Positions 19,803 through 30,333 of a stretch of 64,000 nucleotides of DNA are shown piece by piece. Made by a program: the position numbers and the translations under genes. Location of the stretch: positions 186,001-250,000 of the forward strand of contig CDRNVI010000015.1 in NCBI GenBank assembly GCA_977017575.1. Reading direction: 5' to 3'. The notes beneath the pieces were generated by a model, which worked only from the letters and a program-made list of their open reading frames with translations, did no database searches and was not told where the DNA came from. This DNA comes from Paramoeba atlantica (lineage: Eukaryota; Protista; Discosea). How positions within the stretch are numbered: position 1 is the first letter of the stretch; each line of letters begins with the position of its first letter.

Positions 19803-20468
19803 ATGTCGGCACCTGCAGGAGGCAGTGACGTCGCTGCCACTTTTAAACTAATTCTTGTCGGAGATGGAAGTACCGGGAAGACAACCTTTGTGAAACGGCA
19901 CAAGACTGGTGAGTTTGAAAAACGCTACATCGCTACCGTTGGCGTTGATGTTCATCCTTTGACGTTTCATACTAATCGTGGGGTTATTTGCTTCAACGTC
20001 TGGGACACTGCTGGCCAAGAGCGCTTTGGGGGACTCCGCGATGGGTACTACATTGGGGGAAACTGTGCCATCATTATGTTCGACGTTACCTCGCGTTCAA
20101 CGTATAAGAACGTACCGAACTGGCACCGGGACATCGTTCGTGTGTGTGATCCAATTCCTATGGTTCTGGTAGGCAACAAAGTGGACTGTTTGGAACGTCA
20201 GGTCAAGGCAAAGCAGATTACTTTCCACCGCAAGAAAAATTTGCAGTACTACGATGTCAGCGCGAAAAGCAACTATAACTTTGAAAAGCCGTTCTTATGG
20301 CTGGCGAAGCGACTGGCGAATGACCCGAATCTGACTTTTGTGGAGGCAAGTGCGTTGAAGCCCCCAATGATATCCATGGATGCCGCGATGGTGCAAGGTA
20401 TGGAGCGTGACCTCCAGGAGGCCTCAGCTATGCCTCTACCCGACGATGATGATGACGGAACTTTTTAA
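19803..20468 (+). CDS. RAN: Ran GTPase
   Basis: [57 protein letters not shown], acidic tail. Confidence 0.98.
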   Translation: MSAPAGGSDVAATFKLILVGDGSTGKTTFVKRHKTGEFEKRYIATVGVDVHPLTFHTNRGVICFNVWDTAGQERFGGLRDGYYIGGNCAIIMFDVTSRSTYKNVPNWHRDIVRVCDPIPMVLVGNKVDCLERQVKAKQITFHRKKNLQYYDVSAKSNYNFEKPFLWLAKRLANDPNLTFVEASALKPPMISMDAAMVQGMERDLQEASAMPLPDDDDDGTF

Positions 20469-20860
20469 AGTATGGTCCTGTGATGTCCAATGCGAAAGTT
20501 TGCTTCGATTCGTTCATAATTTAATTATGGTTACAAATAGGGAATGGCACTTTAGTGGGCTGTGAGCATTCAGAATCTTATGTGGCACAGAGCAAGAACA
20601 CCACTATATCATCACTTTACGGATAAGATCGAGTTTTAATCAACGGATTTTCATACGCGTGAAAGAGAGAACCCGAAGTACAATATCTTAGTATCAGAAA
20701 TAGGCTATAACTTTATATAATTTTTGTTCTTGGGTTAGAAGATTCTCCTGGTTTTCTTTTTTGATTACTATTTCAGATTTTAATTTTTAGATTCTCTACT
20801 TAGACTAGACATCTTATCTTGTCAAGAGTTATTATTGCCGCGTTTCGAACATGTGAATGA

Positions 20861-21706
20861 ATGCTGCGAAACACTCAAACCACAGGGTTATTGCGGCGCA
20901 TTACGTATACATTAGTCCAAGTTCCAGTTACGCAACCTCTTCTTACAGCGGATGAACTTAGCCTTAAGCTTGGGGAAACTCTACAGGTTGAACTCCAGAG
21001 AAATCGATATACCAGCTTTTTGCAGCTCTTACGTTCTCATCCTAAGCTTTTTGCCATTGAGGGGGAAAACCGCGTTCGCACACGAGTCCCTGCTTCCGTA
21101 CTTTTTGATCTTCATGATGCAATCAAAGAAGCAGCACGCTTTGGGTGGTCCGGTACCACAATGTCTCCTGGCATTGGAGAGATTTGCGGCTTTCTACACC
21201 CTGCCACAACAGAGTTTTTGCACCGCGAGCGGATCATATCGTTTCGTATGTTTCTGGAGGAGTACATGTTTCCGTGGGTGGTCCTCGTCATGGGATCCAC
21301 GCGATGTCGTTGGATCGAATCTGAACGAACGATTGCGAAAATTCGAGCGGCTCCGGAGGGCACAATAGTGGAACACCGTGAGGTCAGTGTGTCCAAGCAT
21401 AATACAAGTAATTTGGTCGGCGCATCGCTACGTGACGCGACGGATGCAAGCTCGTTTTGGGACTCCAACCCCCAATTTTGGACAGAGGCACAAAAACAAG
21501 GTGTTTTGGATGCAGGGAATGTACTTTGGGAGCATCTGCCCTCGGATGGCACATCTCGTGATGTGATTGACGTTATGCACGAGTCCCGGTTGAACCTGCG
21601 GCACGACCGGTACGCTCAACTTGGCCGCAAGTTGTATGTCTTTCCTCATCCAAAGATTGGGTGTTCTGCTGCACCTGGGAAGCGCTTCAAAATATGGAGA
21701 CGGTGA
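20861..21706 (+). CDS. Hypothetical protein, possibly mitochondrial, with a winged-helix/LOTUS-like segment
   Basis: 281-aa ATG ORF with an Arg-rich presequence-like start. YTSFLQLLRSHPKLFAI loosely resembles OST-HTH. Confidence 0.55.
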   Translation: MLRNTQTTGLLRRITYTLVQVPVTQPLLTADELSLKLGETLQVELQRNRYTSFLQLLRSHPKLFAIEGENRVRTRVPASVLFDLHDAIKEAARFGWSGTTMSPGIGEICGFLHPATTEFLHRERIISFRMFLEEYMFPWVVLVMGSTRCRWIESERTIAKIRAAPEGTIVEHREVSVSKHNTSNLVGASLRDATDASSFWDSNPQFWTEAQKQGVLDAGNVLWEHLPSDGTSRDVIDVMHESRLNLRHDRYAQLGRKLYVFPHPKIGCSAAPGKRFKIWRR

Positions 21707-21839
21707 AATACAGTGACGAACGACACTTGTCTGAAAGACAAGAATTTGAAAGAGCTTGGTTGCTGCACGCTGTATAGGATATCGGCGCCCCGCGCCAGAG
21801 ATCGTGTGTATGGTGTTATATTATATCTAAGATAAGTAT

Positions 21840-21862
21840 AAGTGCAAGATAATCTTGCACTT
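21840..21862. repeat. Perfect 11-bp inverted repeat with 1-nt spacer
   Basis: aagtgcaagat-a-atcttgcactt in an intergenic region. Confidence 0.9.
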
Positions 21863-22317
21863 CATTCTTGGTGTCCACGTGACCTTGGCTCCAGCCATTT
21901 CGGAAAAAACGTACCAATGAACAGTACCACGAATGATGATGACTGGTGACATCAGCAGTTTTTCCTGACTTTTTTCCGTTCTGTTCTGTACTTGCCCTGT
22001 GATCCTATGTACATGTGCTTATCCAAATATGTATGTAAAGGACATGTTTATAATTGGGGCGTCAAATTTAGAGAAATCGCAAATAAATTATATTTGAAAA
22101 TCATTTATGTCTTCAATGAACTTTGCGAAGCTCAGAACGAAACTCTTTACAAGCTAGTAAGTACATACCGTAGCATTCCTCAATTTATAGGTGATGGCAC
22201 ATGGAGCTACACGATGTGTACAAAAACGTAGCAAGTACGTTCTAGTTTCCTTATGTACGAGCTCAGACATGACCTTTCAGTGGGGAGGGTAAGATCTGTT
22301 CGCACAAAAAGGTGGTA

Positions 22318-23607
22318 ATGCTGGTGACTCAAACGGGAGATGCTACGGACCTTCTCAGCAGTGTATTGGCCAACCAAACACAAGAAACCTCGGAAATCTA
22401 CGCTGTACCCCATTACACGGCTCCACTGCGCGATTCTCGATTTATTGAGACCTCCGAGATTCTAGGTCAGGGCGCATTTGGGCGTGTCGTAAAAGGAATC
22501 CGGAGGGACACAGGTGAGAATGTAGCGATTAAAGCGATCCGCAAGCCCGACCCACTCTCTCTCACGTATTTGTCGCGTAAGAGAGCCTTGCAGACAGAGA
22601 TCGCGATTTCTACAAAAGTAAGTCATCATAGTGTGGTTGAGTATATCGGCGTGTATCAGGACGAGTCTTTCATCTACTTTGTCATGGAGTATTGTAGCAA
22701 AAAAGACTTGGAGTCGTATGTCCTGAACCATGGGCTGGAAGAGATTGAAGCCATTGCGCCACGGATCGTCGCCGGACTGGTATCCGCTTTAAACTACTTA
22801 CAAAATATCCAGGTGATACATGGAGACATTAAGCCTTCGAACATTCTCCTTACCTCTAATTTTCATGTCAAACTCACAGACTTCGGTTCTGCGCAAAACC
22901 GGTGCGGTGAGGTCGACGTGAACTTCGCGGGCACGGCAGAATACCTCAGTCCGGAAGTTATCATGAAGTCAACCCCTACTGTGGCGTCGGACTTGTGGGC
23001 AGTAGGATGCGTTCTGTACTTTCTATACGTCGGGACCTCACCCTTTTCCCGTGGTACAGCGTACAAATCCATGTGCAGTGTGAAGAACGCGGAATTTACA
23101 TTTCCTCCGTACTTTCCGTACAACGCTCGTGATCTTGTTCAAAGATGTCTGCAGAAATGCCCGAGCGACCGTTTTGGCATGGACCGTAGAAATAAGTTGG
23201 AAGCATTTAAAAAGCACCCTTACTTTGACTCCGGATTGTGGTGGGACACTGATTCGTTCCCATCGACAACTGCTTCGGTAGATTGCACAGCTCATATCCA
23301 GCGTTACCTCAAATGTGAGGAGCATGCGATATATTTTTCTATTGTACAGAAAAGAGGGAACTACGGCTCGTACGTCAGACGTTTGCTTCTTCTTTCGGAT
23401 CGACCACGTCTTTCGTACATAGACTTACAGTCCGGTGTCTCTAAGGAACTTCTTTGGAACGCGGATCTTTGTGCGACAGTTCTAAATAGAGATGAATTTT
23501 TGGTCAACACGTCTTCACGTGAATACCACTTTGTGGACGGGAGACATAAAGCCCCTTTCTGGTGCGGTAAAATAAATTCCTTTTTGAAAAAAATGCATTT
23601 TCGTTAG
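22318..23607 (+). CDS. PDK1-like Ser/Thr kinase with C-terminal PH-like domain
   Basis: LGQGAFGRV, VAIK, HGDIKPSN, DFG, FAGTAEYLSPE, SDLWAVGC. C-terminal RRLLLLSDRPRLSYID resembles the PDK1-type PH domain. Confidence 0.8.
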   Translation: MLVTQTGDATDLLSSVLANQTQETSEIYAVPHYTAPLRDSRFIETSEILGQGAFGRVVKGIRRDTGENVAIKAIRKPDPLSLTYLSRKRALQTEIAISTKVSHHSVVEYIGVYQDESFIYFVMEYCSKKDLESYVLNHGLEEIEAIAPRIVAGLVSALNYLQNIQVIHGDIKPSNILLTSNFHVKLTDFGSAQNRCGEVDVNFAGTAEYLSPEVIMKSTPTVASDLWAVGCVLYFLYVGTSPFSRGTAYKSMCSVKNAEFTFPPYFPYNARDLVQRCLQKCPSDRFGMDRRNKLEAFKKHPYFDSGLWWDTDSFPSTTASVDCTAHIQRYLKCEEHAIYFSIVQKRGNYGSYVRRLLLLSDRPRLSYIDLQSGVSKELLWNADLCATVLNRDEFLVNTSSREYHFVDGRHKAPFWCGKINSFLKKMHFR

Positions 23608-23796
23608 TGTATTCAATGAGCACGATATTTAATGAAATGATTATGTTTCATATGCCCTTTTGAAAACGGGTACTAGATTTTTTTATAATGTTCTATACTC
23701 GAAATTAATTGGAAGTACAGTACGTAAGGTACTAAGAGTTTGGACCATGATATTCACCATGTATGGTATAGTTTCGGAATAAACATAGGATGCATT

Positions 23797-24243
23797 ATGG
23801 CTTTAATGAATGTATCTGACTCAGAAAATGAGAACAGTAATACGTCATGGACGAATGACAGCGAAGACGAGTGGGCACGTCCTATAGTCTCTACGAACGA
23901 CACTACGTCGCGCACGTCGCTTAGATCCGTTGTGCAAAACGACGTGCGTGATGAAGCAATTTATTCAACTTCACATCCTGAAAACTCTAGCACTTCAATC
24001 AACGTAATCGTCATTCGTTTCCAAGAGGGTGGGACTGATATTGCGGAGGAGACATTCTCTGAAGAATACACTGTTGAATTTTTGAAATGTTACCTGGAAG
24101 ACCTCGATTCGGAACGATTCACATACTCCTCTCTTTCCCTCTACTATCACGGAAAATGTATGATTGATCCTCTCAGCCTGAGTGATATTTCAGGACTGGA
24201 AGGTCCTGGGCCGCATTGTGTTGACGTGTGTATCAACAACTAG
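23797..24243 (+). CDS. Small protein with probable C-terminal ubiquitin-like fold
   Basis: Acidic N-terminus followed by YTVEFLKCYL...LSLYYHGKCMIDPLSLSD. First ATG at 23797. Confidence 0.5.
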   Translation: MALMNVSDSENENSNTSWTNDSEDEWARPIVSTNDTTSRTSLRSVVQNDVRDEAIYSTSHPENSSTSINVIVIRFQEGGTDIAEETFSEEYTVEFLKCYLEDLDSERFTYSSLSLYYHGKCMIDPLSLSDISGLEGPGPHCVDVCINN

Positions 24244-24505
24244 TGTGTTTACACAATAAATCTGCAGCGATTCCAAAATCCACCATGGAAGGAGAGGACT
24301 AAAAAGGTGTGTAATAGGAAGGTGTGTAATAATTTCCTTGTCTGATGCCTCCCGTCTACCTACCTTGGGGTTTCTTTTCCAGGTTATATTTTTGCAAGTA
24401 GTTATTTATTTGTGACTATTCAAAAAGTTATAGCTTGAAAAGTGCCCGAATAAAAGAAATTTTATTACCCTTTATTCTACTCTTTGTTCGGGAGATGAGG
24501 ATACG

Positions 24506-25408
24506 ATGAGGTACCTGCAACTTCCTGAGATAGACGAGGTGAATGTTTATCTTGGAAATGTATTGGATAGTACAAGCAAACAATCTGTTTCAACTTTCTT
24601 AGCTTCAAATTGCCGAATTGAAGCATATAGCACAAGACACGAAAAGAACGACAGGAAGCTTACGGCGAATTTGATCCAAAATCTGCCTAATGTATACAGT
24701 GGAAATTTGGTAACAGATCAATACGAAGAACTCATGCGTACTCAGGAACAAGAGGCCGTCGACGCGCAACAAGAACTAACGATCTCCCCTCAAATACTCC
24801 CTTCGCCCTCTCCTGTTGTTGCGCAAAACAACAACAACTGTATTTTCCTGAGTTCTACCGCGCCCCACTTGGGGACGACGGAATTTATTTCACAAGTAAA
24901 TTACGAAGAATACGCAACAGCTATATGTGTGCTTCATCACACCTATAACGGCGAACGTGACTTCACAACCTTATCCCCAAGTGAGTTTACCAAAGTGCAA
25001 TGGTCCGATGTGGAATCCGACGTAGGTCTTCGTGTTGGATGCCACACATCATTATTGAAGATACAGTGTTGTGTAACGCATTTGGTGGGGGCGAGTAGTG
25101 AGCTATGCATTTTGTGCTACAAGGGTGTCGTACAGTATCCATCCGCACAGCCACACCGTGAAATACTTTGGTCACGTCATTACTTCTTCTTACCAAAGTC
25201 ACAGAGAAAGGCGCTCATACTTCTGTCACTGTCTGGAGAATCAGCGTCGTCAGTGCCGGATGCCTCGCAAGAAATATTTAGCACAGAACGGTACGGATAC
25301 ATCGACAGAAATGAACAAAGTGTATCACAAAAAACTTTGTCCCTCAATAGTTTGGACGATTGGGGAGATGAGGTGGATCTTGATTACACAGGCCTTCAAA
25401 ATCAGTAG
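24506..25408 (+). CDS. MAF1: Maf1 RNA polymerase III repressor
   Basis: MRYLQLPEIDEVN...CRIEAYS at the N-terminus, DFTTLSPSEF, and LWSRHYFF match the Maf1 boxes. Confidence 0.8.
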   Translation: MRYLQLPEIDEVNVYLGNVLDSTSKQSVSTFLASNCRIEAYSTRHEKNDRKLTANLIQNLPNVYSGNLVTDQYEELMRTQEQEAVDAQQELTISPQILPSPSPVVAQNNNNCIFLSSTAPHLGTTEFISQVNYEEYATAICVLHHTYNGERDFTTLSPSEFTKVQWSDVESDVGLRVGCHTSLLKIQCCVTHLVGASSELCILCYKGVVQYPSAQPHREILWSRHYFFLPKSQRKALILLSLSGESASSVPDASQEIFSTERYGYIDRNEQSVSQKTLSLNSLDDWGDEVDLDYTGLQNQ

Positions 25409-25646
25409 TGTGTTCTTTGACACTCATATTGCAAATATCTTGATTGCCCTTAAAAGTTGTATATTCATCAGGCCATACTTTCTTGGTAGTTCGATTTTTA
25501 GTTTTTGTCCCTGTTACTTTCTTTCGTCAGTCTTGCTGCAAAATTACTGTAAGGAGAATCTGTTACTCCATTTTCTCTGCTTGAATAATTTTGTTCTGAA
25601 TTGCTTGTGAATTTATCTATATTTTCATATTTCTTTATCACTTCAC

Positions 25647-25928
25647 ATGGGTAAGCGTACTGCGAAAGTGGGAATCGTGGGTAAGTACTCCGTGCGGTAC
25701 GGTGCAAATCTTAGGAAACGAGTGAAGAAACTTGAAATTTCCAGTCATAGCAAGCACTTTTGTCAATGGTGTGGACGCTTCAGCATTCGTCGTCAAGCCG
25801 TTGGAATTTGGAAATGCAAAAAGTGCCAAAAGATAGTAGCCGGTGGCGCATGGACGCTCACGACCCCGAACAGCACGACAGTGCGCTCTACTATTCGACG
25901 TCTGCGCGAGCTTTCCGGAAGCGCGTAA
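25647..25928 (+). CDS. RPL37A: 60S ribosomal protein eL43 (L37a)
   Basis: [18 protein letters not shown]4 Zn finger CQWC...CKKC, VAGGAW. Confidence 0.97.
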   Translation: MGKRTAKVGIVGKYSVRYGANLRKRVKKLEISSHSKHFCQWCGRFSIRRQAVGIWKCKKCQKIVAGGAWTLTTPNSTTVRSTIRRLRELSGSA

Positions 25929-26240
25929 GCTAGATACCGCTGAAGTTTTGAAGATATTGCAGGTTGTAAAGCACAAAGTTTGAAAGCTTCACGATGCATC
26001 GCACACGAGTTCATCTTAAACCACCTTTCTAATTACATAATCTTTATTTATTTGTTTTACTTTTTTTAGTTCATGATACGTTGTTGCGTCAAACCCACGG
26101 CTTAAGTTTATGTCCGTGTACTATGTTCATCATACATGCGTATCTGTGGACCCCTAGAAATGAGATTTTTTCTTGTTTTTCATTTACTCGAACCCTTTTA
26201 GCGCAGTTAAAAACTAACATGTATACCAATCCCGGAAAAA

Positions 26241-27086
26241 ATGTTACCACCTTCCGACACTCTCTGGATCCAGATAATTATAACGTTCGCAGTCACACTT
26301 TCTTTTCTGGTGCTTGTATGCTGTGTACTTATGATTCGCAGCCGACGACGTCATAAAATTCTGACGCGTGTCGCCCGCAGAGTACGATTGGACCTTCATC
26401 ATGAGAATTCAGAAGCCAGAAAGAAAATCATCGAAAACTCGCTGGACCTTCTGAAACACAAAATTGACCCTCCCCCAGTTACCAAGCGAGAGGTACCTGG
26501 CTATGTTGAGAATGTATGTCCCGATGTTCGCCAGGAAGCGCTCAACGCCCATGAAAAACTAAATTCTATTATGAGCCGTATTCCAGATCTGAGCGGGAGG
26601 GTTCCTTACATGACATTCCGAGAGCTTATTCACTGGTTAGAAAAAAGGGAGTCGCGATTGACTCAACACGCATTAGATAGCCGTAAAAAACCACCAGACA
26701 AACCAAATGGTACAGAGAATTTGAACTCGCGAACGTATTGGCAGCACTCACCTTTTTCTGCTAATTCTTCAAGTCCTGTCGATCGCAAATTGCCCGCCCA
26801 GGGACTGCGCACCCCTCGGTCCTCCAGCGATTCTATATCGAAAAGGGGGCCCGATGATCTCTACAGGAAAAGCACAGAAATTAAGAATCCTGCATCAAAA
26901 AAGAAAAGTAATCACGATGTCTTTCGTTCCCAAAATAATTTAGCATGGAGCAATGACGAACTCATCCAGTTCCACGAATCTGTACGATTTGGGTCTCCAC
27001 GTATTGTTGAGGAGGTCGAGTACATTAACTATATGAACGCTATAGACAACATAATGGCCAAAGCGCGTGAAGCTGTTGTCCTTTAG
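26241..27086 (+). CDS. Hypothetical single-pass membrane protein
   Basis: N-terminal hydrophobic helix (IIITFAVTLSFLVLVCCVLMI) followed by RSRRR. Confidence 0.6.
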   Translation: MLPPSDTLWIQIIITFAVTLSFLVLVCCVLMIRSRRRHKILTRVARRVRLDLHHENSEARKKIIENSLDLLKHKIDPPPVTKREVPGYVENVCPDVRQEALNAHEKLNSIMSRIPDLSGRVPYMTFRELIHWLEKRESRLTQHALDSRKKPPDKPNGTENLNSRTYWQHSPFSANSSSPVDRKLPAQGLRTPRSSSDSISKRGPDDLYRKSTEIKNPASKKKSNHDVFRSQNNLAWSNDELIQFHESVRFGSPRIVEEVEYINYMNAIDNIMAKAREAVVL

Positions 27087-27301
27087 AAAGTGTCTCAAAT
27101 TATGCAACAAGTGAGCGCTCATGACTGGCTTACTAGTGTTAATATGGAGATCTAGTTATACCCACAAATGCGTCACTACGCACGCATGTAGTGCTGCAAT
27201 TTTTTTATACCCGTACCAGGAACTTATGAACACTGACGCTCTGCATATCAATGTTTGTAACTACATATTTTATACGAATTTCAAATGTATGACAATAGTC
27301 G

Positions 27302-28132
27302 ATGAGTCAAAATGGGTATGGCGCATGTCGGGCTGGGAGACTTTTTTCTGCCTCTTTCCCAGAAAACTATCCAAGTATTATGAGCGGAAAGAGGAGCACG
27401 GCACACGAAGATGCGTCGATGGAACTCTCTGATCACTGCATGTTCGAGTCTCCACACCTCGGAATTTGGCCTACTTACGTTTCTCTTACTGTCCCGAATG
27501 CCATTGCACAACAATTACACGCATATGCAGTTGATATTTGTAGCAAGCTCAATACCGAACTTCGCGCATTTTTCCACTTGATTGAGTGTGAAACGAGTAA
27601 TAAATATAATGACATGAAGGCCTGGATCAAAGCGATAGATGCCGACTCGCTTCATATTTCGCTGAGCCGCTGTTTGCTGCTTCAACGACACGAGTATATG
27701 GCATTAAGAGCGGATTTGGCAGAGACGTTGTATGGAACTCTCTCGCAGGGTGAGAATAATGCACGAAGAATTCTTATTCGTATACATGACATTCAATTAT
27801 TGGGTAGCTGCATAGTCTTTATGGTTGAGGGCTGCGACCGACTACAACTACTTCAGTACCCGTGTGACAAGGCGGGCCGCAAAGCATGCCAGCCACCGTA
27901 CAAAGATTCTTTCGCATCAGTTGCGGGGAGCGCGTCTTTGCCTAATAGCAAGATGAGGTACTATCACTGTTCGATCGTTCAATTAGGTTCTGATATTCCG
28001 ATTGCTTTCCGAGATCATATTGCTTCTTTTATTTCTCATATTTCTTCCCCCGAAATTCACTTCCACGTTGAAGAGCTAAAGCTCTATAACGGTCAACAAA
28101 ACGTGAAACATTTTACGCTTATAAGCTCTTAA
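27302..28132 (+). CDS. USB1: Usb1-like 2H phosphodiesterase
   Basis: Two H-x-S motifs (LHISLS, YHCSI); WPTYVSL resembles the Usb1 N-terminal motif. Confidence 0.7.
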   Translation: MSQNGYGACRAGRLFSASFPENYPSIMSGKRSTAHEDASMELSDHCMFESPHLGIWPTYVSLTVPNAIAQQLHAYAVDICSKLNTELRAFFHLIECETSNKYNDMKAWIKAIDADSLHISLSRCLLLQRHEYMALRADLAETLYGTLSQGENNARRILIRIHDIQLLGSCIVFMVEGCDRLQLLQYPCDKAGRKACQPPYKDSFASVAGSASLPNSKMRYYHCSIVQLGSDIPIAFRDHIASFISHISSPEIHFHVEELKLYNGQQNVKHFTLISS

Positions 28133-28307
28133 GTAGCCTATAACTCTTAAGTTTATAAGTATATCTAGTACTAGTACAACATCTACTAGTATCTAGTATA
28201 TCATCTGCTTTTTCAGCAACAGTGCGATAACTGTTTTGTTATTCCTACCGTGTAACGTAAATATTATTGCAGAAGTTTTTGTCACTTTTCTTGTCCTAGC
28301 ACAAGCA

Positions 28308-29780
28308 ATGTCCGATAACAATCAAGAGAGCACTTTTTGGCGAAATACCGAATCCTGGCAAGCGAAGGCTGTCAACCCGCGAGAAAATAGTCCGCCGCGA
28401 TCACCGCAACGTACTCCTATGAGTTCCCCAAGTCACATGTCTCCCAACAAGCCGAACTTTGAGGCCACTGCGGCAACACGAGCCGAACCACAGCTACCAA
28501 CTCCGTCCAACGTCGCCGACACCCGGGTCAATCCCTCAGACTTTCCCAAAGACGACACGACTGTCACGGTGCAGGATGGGACGAAACCTTCCAAGAGCGA
28601 GGAGGAGCTTGCCAAGTACACGCATGACCCCATCGAGTACACGGACTCCGCTTGGCATTACATGGACATGATGATTGTGACCATTCCTATTTTTATGGGA
28701 TATGCCACACTGGCCCTCATGCAGCGGAATGTGCGCGACCGTCTCGGCATTGAAAACGGTACCCACGAGGCACGCATTTTTAACGCTGGTGTCAGTTTTC
28801 TGTACCTTGGAAACCTCCTCTTTCGCCTGTTGCACAATTTCGTGTTTACGTTCCTCCGTCCCCGACACCGTGTGTACCTGAGCTACTACGGCATCATGCT
28901 CGCCATGAACCTCCTCGGATGGCTCGTGTTTGTGGGCAACGTGAAGCATCTCTCGATTGTGTTCATCAGCTATCTACTTGGCGGGATAAGTATCGGGACG
29001 TTTGAGTCCAATGTGATCTCCGTGTTGACTCCCTACGGTCACCGTGCGAAGTCGTGGGCGGTCACTGGGATTCCGATTGGGTTCAACATGATTGCCATAG
29101 GTGGGTTTATGCTGATTTACTTCTGCGATCATTACATGTGCAAGTTTGCGATCTACATGACCGTGTTCACCGCCAATGTGGTCGGTGCGACGTACTACCG
29201 CTTCAAAGTCAAGGATCTCCCTTCAGGCTCTAGCAATGACGACGTGTACAAGTTCCTTTCCGATTTGAAAAAATGGCGTGAGTGGTTGGTCCCCATCTGG
29301 GCCTACTGTGCTGCGTTGACGTTGGACAAATTTTGTCTTGGACTGTTCGGATCCATTCATCTCTACATGTACACCGACGACCACCTTCCCGTGTGGCCTG
29401 GAAGCAGCGCGACCATTCCGAAAAACCTCTTCTACTGTCTCTATTCGTTCTGTTGCTTGATGGGGGATTCCGGTTCTCGAAAGATTGCATACATTGACCG
29501 TGCGCGACAACCGATGTACTTCCTGCTCATGTCTCTCGTAGGTGCCATTCTGGTGCTCAGCAAGGTGTTGATCTTCTCGTTGATTGGCATTATTCTGATT
29601 TTCTTTGCTAACGGATCGATTTACGCCCACACGACGCGACGAATCGATCAGCGTGTGTCGAAGCGCTTCAACCTCATTGCGCTCAGCATTTGGCTGTTTA
29701 TCGGGGATCTTGGTTCCTACACGGGGTCCAACCTGAATTCCCATATTCCTCGCTGGATCAGCCATTTGCACCGCTGGTAA
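28308..29780 (+). CDS. CLN3/battenin-like MFS-fold membrane protein
   Basis: About 10 hydrophobic segments after a disordered N-terminus; LYLGNLLFRLLHNF, GTFESN. Family assignment is from recall. First ATG at 28308. Confidence 0.65.
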   Translation: MSDNNQESTFWRNTESWQAKAVNPRENSPPRSPQRTPMSSPSHMSPNKPNFEATAATRAEPQLPTPSNVADTRVNPSDFPKDDTTVTVQDGTKPSKSEEELAKYTHDPIEYTDSAWHYMDMMIVTIPIFMGYATLALMQRNVRDRLGIENGTHEARIFNAGVSFLYLGNLLFRLLHNFVFTFLRPRHRVYLSYYGIMLAMNLLGWLVFVGNVKHLSIVFISYLLGGISIGTFESNVISVLTPYGHRAKSWAVTGIPIGFNMIAIGGFMLIYFCDHYMCKFAIYMTVFTANVVGATYYRFKVKDLPSGSSNDDVYKFLSDLKKWREWLVPIWAYCAALTLDKFCLGLFGSIHLYMYTDDHLPVWPGSSATIPKNLFYCLYSFCCLMGDSGSRKIAYIDRARQPMYFLLMSLVGAILVLSKVLIFSLIGIILIFFANGSIYAHTTRRIDQRVSKRFNLIALSIWLFIGDLGSYTGSNLNSHIPRWISHLHRW

Positions 29781-29988
29781 ATGGTAAAGTAAGCGTTTTA
29801 TTTCATAGTGTTTACTGAAACAAAGAGCGTTCTTTGTGCTGCAAATTAGAAAAATGAGGGCGTAACATACCGATGAGCATTTAATAAATGCTACCATAAA
29901 TTCTATAGTTAAAACATAATTTTTCTTTTCACTTGTCTTTTGTGAATATGTTTTTTTCCATATAGACAGCGGTTTATAAGCGAGAACA

Positions 29989-30270
29989 ATGTGGTCATTA
30001 TTTGTCAGATTTCTATTATCTTCTTGTAAAAGGAAATTGGTTTCAAAATCAGGGATTGCTCAAATGAGTTACTGCACTTCTAATCGATTATTTTACTCCT
30101 ATATTTTGGGCTTCTTCTGGGCTGCTGTTTACTTTTTTACACATCCGATTCAATTATTAAAACTTAGCATCGCATTATGGGGAATGTTCAATATAATCTT
30201 TCTTGTGACGTTTGGGCTTGTCACGTTGAATCTCTTCCAGTTGTACGATGAAAATTTTAATACTGTATAA
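29989..30270 (+). CDS. Possible small hydrophobic protein
   Basis: 93-aa ATG ORF with two hydrophobic stretches; may be a spurious reading of AT-rich spacer DNA. Confidence 0.3.
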   Translation: MWSLFVRFLLSSCKRKLVSKSGIAQMSYCTSNRLFYSYILGFFWAAVYFFTHPIQLLKLSIALWGMFNIIFLVTFGLVTLNLFQLYDENFNTV

Positions 30271-30333
30271 CATGAAAATAGAAAACTGTCCGCGTCGTAT
30301 GAAGAGAGTATGTTCTGAGTACGTGGATAGTGT

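Noticed and set aside
21925-21975. C/D snoRNA (ATGATGA ... CTGA)
   Set aside because: The boxes are only ~30 nt apart with no terminal stem or recognisable guide.
29989-30270. DPM3 subunit
   Set aside because: Only loose hydrophobic resemblance, and the DPM1 here already has its own C-terminal anchor.
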